Assembly (NCBI GenBank): GCA_053919585.1
Contig: CM132783.1
Strand: one strand, 5' to 3'
Source of the DNA: Euprymna scolopes
Taxonomy: Eukaryota
Length of the DNA stretch: 64,000 nt
Position 1 is the stretch's first letter. Each line of letters begins with the position of its first letter. The position numbers were made by a program, and so were the translations under genes. A model generated the notes under the pieces. It did not search any database. It worked only from the letters and a program-made list of their open reading frames with translations, and was not told the DNA's origin. Of the stretch, positions 49,945 to 60,269 are shown piece by piece.

Positions 49945-51179
49945 TTAGCAGGGGCGCTCGGCGTAGCCCGGTCGTAAAATACGCTTGAATAGGATATTTT
50001 GATTCTTGCAAATTTCGTATATATTATTATAGAGTTAATGTTCTATCGATTTTTATATATTATAAAGTTGCGATTTCAAAAAGAAAAATATCTATATGAT
50101 GTGAGATTATCAGCTTGAATCGAAACCGAATCCAAAACTTGTGAATATATACAGGGTGTCCGTAAAGTTACTATACAGTCTTACAAGTTACTATACAGAC
50201 ACCCTGTAATATATTAACAGTACAGTAAGATATTGTATTAAAATATTTATTTGTAACAAAAGATGCTTGATTAAATAAACCTGTAAAAAAAAAAATATTA
50301 ACTATTAATACAAATATAATACAATAAAACAATAAGACTGTATAGTAACTTTACGGGCACCCTGTATATATAAACTTTAGTTCCTTCTGCTATAATCGAA
50401 ACCGAAACCAAAACTTATGAAGAATTCTTGATAAAATTATTTATAAAAAAATAGATTACTAAGGTGCCATCAGCAAAAATCAAAACCAAAATCAAGACTT
50501 ATGAAGAATTCTTGATAAAATTATTAAAAAAAAAAAAAAAAAAAAGAAGATTATTGCAGTGGCATCAGCTATAATTGAAACCAAAACCAAAATTATGAAG
50601 AATTCTTAGTAAAATTATTTATAAAAAATTAAATGACTTGAATGCCATCAGCTATATATATTTTATCACGTCGGGGTTACCAATTTTATAGGGGGGGAAA
50701 TGTTGTGCATTTCTTTCCTAATAATTACTTAAATAAACACAAGGCCAAACGACATTGCTTTTAACAAAACAATAATAAAGGGTTTATTAATAAAAGGAGA
50801 GATTGTATCTTAGACATGAGAGAAAGAAAGAAAGTGTAAATATCTGTTTGGCGGTCTCGTCTGCCATCATATTGCAGTCGTCAGAAAGTAGCAGCGGGAG
50901 GGATGAGTGGGAGAGATCTGTATAGGTCGCTTGCTGGCGTCTCTCTGGCAATCGCAGCTGAGATCCCAAAGGGCTAAAAAATAGTCCTTAAGGGGACAGC
51001 TCAAATCAATGCGTCCTGCCAACCGATTGGTCAGTGTGGCCGAATCACTTTGGCACCGGCCATTGATCCGCTTATAGTAAATAGTTTGTTAACTCCTACA
51101 TCAGTACATAACAATTAAATGACCCAGATGCAAGCGTGACACAAAAAATAACACACATGCTATCGTATTAATACATAGA
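49945..51179 (-). mobile_element. Non-autonomous Helitron with internal ~85-bp repeats
   Basis: 3' hairpin ccgggctacgccgag...CTAA; 5' TCTATGTATTAA; about four atcagc..aatcgaaacc.aa.ccaaaactt units at 50105-50655. Confidence 0.7.
50152..50364. mobile_element. Tc1/mariner-type MITE nested in the Helitron
   Basis: 31-bp TIRs cagggtgtccgtaaagttactatacagtctt / aagactgtatagtaactttacgggcaccctg with a TA TSD. Confidence 0.9.
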
Positions 51180-51491
51180 TGCTTAGGATACATGTTTAAT
51201 ACAAAGGATGTGAAACTAGGTATAAAACCAAAATGTTTTAAGGGAAGTAAAAATATGACTCCTTGACCACCTACTATTTAGAGACTGATGTCATCGGTGT
51301 CAATTGAAGGACAACTAATTGTTTAACTGCAATGATCACAGTGGAGGCAGAGGTCTGGTGATGCCTTGGTGATGATATTAATATTACTATTGTATTGAGG
51401 TTCGATGGACCATGTCCCTTTGTTTTATCGTATGTGTATTGATTAGCATTAAGGTCATAAGAAAGCGTTAGCAGATTTGTTATATAGATTA

Positions 51492-51560
51492 CTAGATGGA
51501 CCTATCCGATGTTGCCTGGGATTGTAGTTTTTTATTTTCATTTATTTGCACATCATCTTT
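51492..51560 (-). mobile_element. Helitron 3' terminus (full extent unknown)
   Basis: cccaggcaacatcgg...CTAG, similar to the end at 34422. Confidence 0.55.
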
Positions 51561-52574
51561 AAACTTATATATAAAAAAGAAATAAAAAGGAAACAATTCT
51601 TTTTTTATATATTTTTAAAATTTAAAATAAGAAATGATTTTGATTTTTTGGTCATAATTGAAAAGTATTTCCATATTACCAGTTATCCGTGTGGGGATTG
51701 TATGCATTTATAAATAAACTGTAGCAAGGGACTTTATTATAGTTCTAATAAAAGTGTACAAAAAAATACCGAACGACAATAGTCAGGAACAAAGTTTGAT
51801 ATGCCAGTTTAAATGCGATTCATATCTAACTTTTAATACACAAACAGACAACAGTTTCTGCTGATTAAAATATTAGTAATCACTTATTTTACCTTGTCTT
51901 AACTATTACAGTTAACTATTAGAAGTTGGTTGTGTGTTGAATGTAAGTTACTATGCAAAGCATTGATAACAATAAGTATCAAATAATGTGTTAGATGCGT
52001 CTAAATGGATTTGGTTAAAATGATCAGAATCCTAGAAAAGAATTTAGTAGAAAATGTGATGAAAGACCAACTTAAAAGTAACTTTGAACGTTTTCATTAC
52101 CTTCATGACTACACATTTACTTCAACACATTAGCTGATACCTGTCGACGTGTCGTTAAAATGAACAGATTGTCAGAACATTTTGTTTTTGCCATGTCAAC
52201 ATACGTTGCTGACAGCTTACGAGGAGACGATCTGACATGTACTGAGTTAGGTGAGGGTTGCTGAGTTAATATAATGCAAAACCCAAATTCGCTAATGAGG
52301 ACAGTGCACCATTGAATATCTTCCTGATGGCATCCGAGGAATATATTTCATGATATTGAATCAAATTGAAGAGTACCGTATTGACTGAAACCATGCCAAC
52401 TTCCTAAATCTTAATAATGTCTACATTTTGTAAAGAGTCTCCAGAAAGTACAAGGTGTAAATTCAGATATTTTTTTTTTAGCTTGTTTTAAGGTTTGCTC
52501 ACTTAGATTTTCTAAAATAGATAGTGTTTATTGGTAGATGGACTTTATTCTACACAGTTTTATTAATTTATTTA

Positions 52575-53270
52575 TTATGGAAATCACTCCAGAAAAAGCG
52601 TGAAGCCACTTGATGTAAGGAGCTAACAAGAATAAAAGATGATTACCACAAAAGCAGGAGATGCTTATTGTCGTTTGTCTTGAAACGACCTAAATTATAG
52701 ATAGGTGGAAACAGTCAGCAGGAAGAGAGTTCCACAATCTTACAGTTACTGGAAAGAACCGACTGAAATAGGAAGCACGAGGTATCAAAATAGCAAATTG
52801 ATAGAAACCACTAGACTGGCGAGTCAAACGAGATGGAACAAAGAAAGGAATAGATCAGACAATTCTGAAAAACGCATGCCGTAATAGTATTTATAAAATA
52901 AAAAGACTAATGACATCATGTCTGCGAGAGAAAGGTAGCAGATAAAAAAAAAAGGTGTAATCAAATTACTAATACGTTTTTGCACGTTATCAAAAATGGA
53001 ACAGAGATTCGCCAGCTCAAATATGAAAACTACTTGATGCATGATCTGATAATAGATTTGTAGGAATAAATAGCCTCAGGTGTGAGAAAGTGTTTGGAGC
53101 GAAAGAAGAAAAAAGAACAATGGATCAAATATACGAACTGTAAGAAAAATTTGATAAGAAAAAAAGATCAAGCAAATTTAGAGTCAATTTGAAATCATCC
53201 ATGAGAATCTCAGAAACAAAGGGTCACACTTACGATTGAAAGACACAAACTGAGTCTTAAAAGAATTAAA
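52575..53270 (-). mobile_element. CR1-group family C 3' portion, decayed
   Basis: FVSFNR, HFLTPEAIY, DNVQKRISNLI and FYKYYYG remnants plus the family C tail. Confidence 0.8.
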
Positions 53271-53309
53271 AAAAAATATATATATATAAATAAATATTTG
53301 GTTTTTAAT

Positions 53310-53630
53310 TTTTTATTCTTTTTAATTACATTTTCACCCCAAACAAGGCACATTGCCACTTTGAAGTAGAGGGCTACTATCAGGGACATAAGCTACGTGG
53401 GGACATAAACTATGTGGGGAGTTGGGCAGCAAGATGTCGGGTCACGTTACACTTGAACTTCTACATGTCAGTACAGTTGTGGAAGCAGGAACCCGGAAGC
53501 GAATTCCAAAGTCTAGCGATTCTGATGAAGAAACTACTGGAGTAGAAAGCTCTTTTGCATCTAGGGATCTCAACTGTTAAGGGGTGGGATTTTGCTGCTT
53601 GTCGGAGGGTATTTACGTTGAGGGGGTACA
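53310..53630 (-). mobile_element. CR1-group family A 3' fragment
   Basis: Collinear with 7070-7390. Confidence 0.92.
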
Positions 53631-53673
53631 ATCTACAATCGAACCGAAGTCATCTTAATCAGCTGCATATTTC

Positions 53674-53806
53674 AACTGATCTGAGGAAGATGGGCGAGAA
53701 GAAACACTCCCAGAGAACATTTTTAATAAAATTAATATTTAAACTGATCTGAGGAAGATGGGCGAGAAGAAACACTCCCAGAGAACATTTTTAATAAAAT
53801 TAATAT
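53674..53806. repeat. Perfect tandem duplication with 68-bp period
   Basis: 53674-53738 is identical to 53742-53806. Confidence 0.95.
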
Positions 53807-54264
53807 CTCGACTGATGAACTATTACTTCTATTAATGTATTATTGCACTATTTTTCAATGCTCGATTCAGGGGTATAATGCAACATCTCATCTGTTATGA
53901 AACCATCCTCCAGGCACTACCTCCTCCTTTATGGAGAAGTGTATCATATGTTCATTCATCATGAGACCATTCTCCCAACAATTACTTCCTTTTTGGGGGG
54001 AGAATGATATCTATCTTGTGGTCATGATACTATTCTCCTGTGTATTACCTCTTTCTTTTAGGTAGGGGTGGAGGTAGTGTAATATATTTTGTCATATCAT
54101 TTGCACAGGCATTACCTCCTCCTATTTGTAATATTGTACTATCTTTTAATACTCAATTCTGGGGGAGTTGGGTAATGTAGTATCTGTTCTGTTGTCAGAA
54201 GATCATCCACCCGGGCATTACTTCCACCTATGAAAGGTAGTGCACTATCGGTTTTGAGTCATTG

Positions 54265-54666
54265 TAGACTAGAGGATCAAATAAATACTTTTAAAAAGGT
54301 GATTTTTAGGGCTATTTGGGTACGGTATGAACGAACATCAAGGTTAAATTTGTTGCCCACAAGCAATTTTTATGATGTTAAGTCCTCCACATTTCCATGT
54401 TTTATCTAATATTTTAAAGTGGCCGCCATTTTATTTTATTGTTACATAAGACACTTGAGGCATACGCCCAGCAATACAAAACCCTCCTCTTTCCAAGTGA
54501 AAAATGGCGAGCAGTGAAAACAAAGAATATATTTCATAATGAAGGTGTTAATATCAAAATAATTTCTTGCTGGTGAAAAATGTAACTGTGATTCGCTCAT
54601 ACCAGATCCAAATACCCCTAGAAATCAACTTTTTCATAATGAATCTTCATTTGGTCCTCTAGGTCA
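54265..54666. mobile_element. ~400-bp MITE with ~55-bp diverged TIRs
   Basis: ctagaggatcaaat..aaaaggtgatttttagggctatttgg versus ccaaatacccctagaaatcaacttttt..atttggtcctctag. cattg on both flanks is a candidate TSD. Confidence 0.7.
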
Positions 54667-54951
54667 CATTGACCCTGTACTGTTGTGATGATACCATTTT
54701 GCCATGCATTACCTCCTCGTTTATTGGAAGAAGGATAAATGTAGTATATGCTTGTTCATCCTGATGCCATCCTCACATCTTCCTCATTTTGAGAGGGCAG
54801 GCTTGTAGTATATGTTCATTCATCATGATATCATCCTTCCAGGGATTAGCTCCACCTTTTAGGAGAATATAGTGTAGTATCTGTTTTGTAGTCATCATAG
54901 TATCCTCCCAGTCATTACTTTCACCTTTGGGAAGGAATAGTGTACCATTTG

Positions 54952-56006
54952 CACAATCACGTTGACACACCGGTTCTCATCAGATCACTGAAGTAATGTT
55001 GAGCTTAGCCAGTATCAGATGGGTGACAATTTGGGGAGGCGAGGCCCTGTGTGTGTAATGTGGGCTGTCATCATAGCATAGTATCTGTGTTAGCTGTGGC
55101 AAGCAGGGCCAAAACATTATTACTACTATTATTATTAATTGATTCGAGCGACGGCATGTCGCTGCATCAATTATTATTAGAAAAATAAACAATTAGATTG
55201 GGGAAAGTGATTGACAGCTGAAATAATAATATTGCTAAAAGGAATGTGAAAACAGAAAATAGATGTAAACATGATATTGATTTGCATAAACAAATAACTA
55301 GATTGAGGTTACATCAGCTGTTGGTTTGAGACACGTAATGAGATGTAGATTTGGAGAGATTCTAGTCAGTCATTAGCTGGACATCAGAGAGAACGGACAA
55401 CTCAAAGGGGGGGGTCTCTCTATGACGCGGGGAGCGGCGTTATCTCAGGCAGCCAAGATGTAAAAACGTTGTAATCTTTGAAGATGTCAGATGAAATCAT
55501 GAAAATAAATGTTCTTAAATAATTCAGGTATGTGTTGTGTTATTAACATCTGTTAAAAAGAACTGTTTGTCTATAACTGTTTCGATACGTAAATTGTTTC
55601 CCGTTAGATCTGTTGCATAAATGTTAAACTATACACACTACGCATTTACACGTACATGAATACACAGAAAACGATAAACACCACTATTCAACATGTACGT
55701 TGTTATAGAACATATTCATATACACATCACATAACAGACCCCTTTTTGGTGCCATAATATAACATATGTACCATGAGGTAAAATACCAGGTTGAGAAACT
55801 GGCGTGGTCTATCCTTCTCTCGAAGGTAGATTGGACTCTCCTAAGCTGTGGTAGGCATCCAGTCTAGTGAGGGCGTCAGGATAAAAAATACCCTTGTTAT
55901 ACCCCGGTGAAGCATCAAGTATTCAGCTACCAACAAGATTTGAATTAAACTACAAAACTCGGATAGTGAGTTCAATCTCGGCTATGGGCGCACTGGATGG
56001 TCGATG
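54952..56006 (+). mobile_element. 5S rRNA-derived SINE3 family C, split by a solo LTR
   Basis: 5S head at 54952-55053; body resumes at 55765 (tatgtacc); gatgg tail. TSD gtaccatttg (54942-54951) / gtactatttg (56007-56016). Confidence 0.75.
55054..55764. mobile_element. Solo LTR with 4-bp TSD
   Basis: TGTAAT...ATAACA termini with flanks tgtg/tatg. Removing it restores the SINE junction tgtatgtacc seen at ~40187. Confidence 0.7.
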
Positions 56007-56523
56007 GTACTATTTGTTCTGTTATCATGAGGCTATCTTCTCCAGCCTAATCTCTTCCTTGGGGCAGTCAAGAAAAAAAATCATAATGCCTAACACAACA
56101 CTTGCATTATATATACACTAGTAAAAAAGATAAATATTCTGCTGCAAAAAAAAATTAAAAAACTATAGAGGAGGAGAAAGAGATGTTTACGATAATCTCA
56201 TACAAATAACTCATTCTCAGGAAGTCAAGGTTTGTGAGCTAAATTGATGCATTAATAATTCAAAATTGCTTTTATTACATTATCCATGTTCGGCTTTATG
56301 AAAGAAAGTTCAGCTCTTTTTCCCCTTTTCACTCACACACACAATTTGTGTTGTTGCAAAGTGAGGCCTGATTTATGCAGCCGTGAATAACACAAACGGA
56401 AACGAGGTTCAAGAATAGTTATTCTAACTGGTAAAAACATACACATGTATCTAATATCTTATATATGAAATACGATTTTCTTCTGTTGTTTTACGGCATA
56501 TCAATCCTATTTTGAATCCATGG

Positions 56524-56708
56524 TAACTTTCCCACGAGGGTAAACAGACACAAGGTCGTTTTTTTTTATGGGCAAACTGGATTGCGGCAAAACAAGTTTC
56601 TTGATTCTAGAAGGATTTCTTCTCTACTGAACGGGGATGGAGCAGATGAAGTGTAATATCAGAACATACATTATACTATGATCCTAGTCAAAAAACCAAA
56701 AAAGTGTA
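56524..56708 (-). mobile_element. U2 snRNA-headed SINE-like element, copy 3 (old)
   Basis: Collinear with copies 1 and 2. The head aligns back to about U2 nt 3, with mostly C>T and G>A changes. Confidence 0.65.
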
Positions 56709-56759
56709 ATTTTTTGAGTGATATAATGCCGATACATGACATCTATTGCAAACTCTCAC

Positions 56760-56943
56760 TTCCCTTATTTTGTCCTTTAATCCTCACATTCCATGAGCGA
56801 TATTTCTGACAAAGAGGAAATAATTGCTGTTTTCTGTGCCTGCCTATCTAACACTTGTTGGCTGATTTTTAACGTTCATGTGTTTTTTACCACTTTACAT
56901 CAAGTGGCTTCATACCTAGTCTGGAGCAATTTTCATAAAAAAT
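56760..56943 (+). mobile_element. CR1-group family C 3' UTR fragment
   Basis: Collinear with 9345-9535. Confidence 0.75.
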
Positions 56944-57189
56944 TATTTAAAAGGATTAATTGAACACATAGAGGTGGTGATGGGCAAGTGGCTAACAATG
57001 TGAACTAATAAGGTGGGTGTGCCAAATTCGATTATAGCCAGTTCCATATGTTTGCAATCTCTACTTGGTTCTTCCTATAAGTACCCCAAAGAATCAGAAA
57101 AAGAATTGCCAACAAGAGAATCAAAAAAATGTTGAACACTTTTTGAAATGACGTACATGAAAATGTAGAACTTAAAATAACCATTTATT

Positions 57190-57457
57190 TATTTGCGGAC
57201 TGTTATCCTCATCTTCATAGTTGTTTTACAACGCTTCGGCCAACGATTCCTCTGGCCTTCATCAGGTGGTTAACTGCAACAGGATAGGAATGCTGAGTCT
57301 CTTAGCTGTATCCTCAGTAATTACTGCCTTCCATAGTTGTTGTCTCACCACGTTTTGGACAACTAATCCTCTGGTCCGCTTTGAAACTACTATCTTCAGA
57401 CAATGCTCACCTGAAACCGTAGAGATTCAACATCTCTATCCACTGCACCACGGGCCT
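57190..57457 (-). mobile_element. tRNA-like head followed by two tandem hammerhead-like motifs (retrozyme/Penelope-LTR-like)
   Basis: A-box TGGTGCAGTGG; degenerate motif at 57346-57402; second motif at 57228-57269 (cac CTGATGA a ggcca..tggcc GAA gcgt T gt); tail aagatgaggataacagtccg. Confidence 0.72.
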
Positions 57458-57879
57458 CAAATAAGGCTGAAAATTTGGGTGATTCCTTATTTGTTATGTA
57501 GGTAATAAATTTCAAGATTAAACAAAACATCGACGTTAAAAAATTATTCAAGTTTTTTCCTATCATGCACACGTAGTTGATTTTTCTCTCCTATAAGAAA
57601 TGGTCTACATTGACAGGAAAACTAGCCCAAATGACAGGAACAAGTGCTACTGCTCCATCATGTGCTCGAATGGTATCACCAAGGTAAAACACATTTGGGC
57701 AAACTTCATTTTTCACTTCATGTAATTTAAAGTGTAGCAATTTCTTGAATGGAAACTGGTAGCTAAATTGCCATAATTCGGGGAAAAAAAGTTGATAATT
57801 TTGAATCACAATCGAAGCACAATTTTTTTAAAATCTGATTTGTTCCCAAGAATTTGTAGTTCCTCTATGCAAGGTATTC

Positions 57880-58203
57880 ACAAAAACTCAACTAACTACA
57901 ACCACTATCAATAGTTTCTCTCTCTACCAAAAGCTAATGAAAACTTTCCTAGAACTGCCCATCTATGGAACATTATATTATGGGACCATTTTCCAAGTGA
58001 CTACTACATGCTCGTCTCAAAGTACAATATAAACAAATTCTTGTTAAACTACCTTCTTGAATTATCAATTCTGCCCAATCCTCACCATCATTTCCAATCA
58101 TCACAGTGTTGTTTCACTGTCCACCTGACATTCATTTAAGTCCCTTGTCCTCGAGAGGTCTTTCGGCCTTGAAAGTGATGACGCCTTAGTAAAAAAAAAA
58201 AAA
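57880..58203 (+). mobile_element. CR1-group family B-related 3' fragment with poly(A)
   Basis: FLELPIYGT/RTA.LWN-like remnant and ccttgtcctcgag..ggccttga..gtgatg..(A)n. Confidence 0.7.
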
Positions 58204-58319
58204 CTTAAATATTTCAATTTGCAATGTCAAACACGTTTTATTTTACATTTGAGAAAGGATAACCAATTTGTGAGTGAGAAGTGCAAGATAATGTATAGAA
58301 AGTATATTCAGATAGCAAA

Positions 58320-59160
58320 TCTATTAGGGCGATACCATTGGAGCACAGGGTGGAGCAGGTGTTAGAGTGGATGGTGTAAGTTCAGGGAATTTCTAACCAG
58401 CAGAGTGTTACAACCTTCGACTAAGAAGAGTCATCAGGCATTTTTATGAAATGCGATGATGTATGGAAGCAAAATCTGGCAAGTGAGAGTCTACCAGCTT
58501 TTAAAAATTGATTTCTAAACTAACTCTGCATAGGTATTTATTTATCCCTCTTCCCCTCGGGTCCATTTTAATAACTTCATCCTATGTTTACCTTGGCCTT
58601 CCTCTGTGAATTGAATCTACTACCTTAACTGTTCTTGATCTACAAACCCAAGAACTCTGATTCACTTTAAACGTGGCTATACTGTCCAGATTTAATCTTC
58701 CCTTGAGGTTATCAGAACTAAACTTGTCTTTAAGACTTGCATTAGACATCTAATATATCATTCTCATCTAATTTCTGTCTATGCAATGCGTGTCTCCAAC
58801 TCTCACTTGCCAGCTTTCACTTCCATACTCCATAATACTTCATAAACATGCCAGATGACTCTTCCCTTTGTCAAGAGTGGAAACACTCTGCTGGGTGGCA
58901 ATAGTAAAAGTTCCCTGAATTTACTGCCTCTGTTCTTTACTCTTGCAATTACACCAGTACCTGCTCCATCCTGTACTCCAATGGTATCATCAAGGTGAAA
59001 CACTTCTGGGCAACCTCAATAGATTTGCCATTCAAATAGACATTTTCCACATTCATTATATTATTCTCACATCACTTCTCTCCATGCAACGCATGTCCTC
59101 AACCCTCACATGTTATATATTTTGTATTGGTCCAAATCATCCAATCATGCCAACAACATA
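58320..59160. mobile_element. RTE-clade fragments in both orientations
   Basis: GSKFRELLLL...KGRV..HV...SME and aagttcagggaat remnants on opposite strands. Confidence 0.65.
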
Positions 59161-59499
59161 CAAAAAAACAAAAAATAAAATAAAAATAATAATTTCATAC
59201 TAACAATAAGACTCGACATTGCTCAAGATTTAATGAAGGTCCATATTATGTACTCTTTCATTATGAAATTAAATTTTCTTTGTTTTTACTGCATCCTCTC
59301 CTCCCACTTCGACCTCTAATATAGTCGGAAGAAGCTAAAATGTTGCAAAACTCTCTGAATTAGAGACTGTGTATATGGTTTAATTCGATATAGTTATTAC
59401 AAGTTTTAAGAAAATTTTATCATTTAGAAGCTGGAACGTAGGTATTAGTCACATATACGGTAATGTAGAAATTGAGAACCACTTCCATTGTTTTCTCCT

Positions 59500-59760
59500 A
59501 AAAAATTTTATGAATTAGGATATGAAATTTAAATAAGGTTAGGCTTTCATAGCCCACTTGGGATACACTAAAGGATTCAGAAACATGTCCATTGTCTTCC
59601 TCTATAAATTTTACATGAGAATCCACTTTCAAATTTTCTGTAGATTCTCTAACCTTGCTTTCTATAAGACACAGAAACACATTGATTTATAAACGAAAGC
59701 TGAAGATATCCTCATTAGAAATAGAAACCTACTTAATACCCATAACCCCCATATATTCGC
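59500..59760 (-). mobile_element. Possible Penelope-like RT remnant
   Basis: YGVMG and VDSHVKFIEEDNGHVS resemble the PLE RT GV.MG and IKFT.E.E.NG.L.FLD motifs; very decayed. Confidence 0.35.
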
Positions 59761-60269
59761 ATCTACTAGAAATCTCCCCATATAACTATTTACTGTATTA
59801 TACATAATGTACACGCCATAGCGTATAATTTACTTCCACCTTTACTGTATTGTACTTATCAAAAATGACGTTACTTGTATCTATTGAATATACATATTAA
59901 CCCTTCTGCCATCTAAAATATCCATTGCTTATATAACAATTTTTAGTTAATTAGTAATATAAAGCCATTCTGTAACGCATTATCCTATTCCTGAGCCAAC
60001 AAAAATAAAAGGATGAAAATTTTATTTTATTTTACTTTTTACTCATTTATTTTTTTCTCAATTAGAAATTTAAAGAAAAAAAACATTAAGCCATATTAAC
60101 TCCTTCCAACAGACCTGTTTGCAAATATAGCTGCTTCCACTGCATGAACTCTTACTCAACACCTCCTCCAGTAACAAACAATGAAATAGCAATGTCCCGT
60201 AATCACTTTGAGGAGTATAATTTCTCAGTAGATATATAACCTTTATAAACTAACCCAGTAACAACACTA

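Larger units (their letters stand above)
53820..56066 (+). repeat. Degenerate ~65-bp U2-motif array, about 11 units, interrupted by a MITE, a SINE and an LTR
   Basis: By-eye consensus AGTGTAGTATCTGTTCTGTTGTCATGATACCATCCTCCCAGGCATTACCTCCTCCTTTTGGGAGGAGGAT. Units at 53858-54264, 54672-54951 and 56007-56066. Confidence 0.75.

Noticed and set aside
53678-53715. CTGAGGA...GAAAC as a hammerhead
   Set aside because: No stem II pairing between the core segments and no proper stem III.
53820-54951. Leader plus repeat array as CRISPR
   Set aside because: Whole units are homologous and degenerate, with no repeat-spacer alternation; eukaryotic context.
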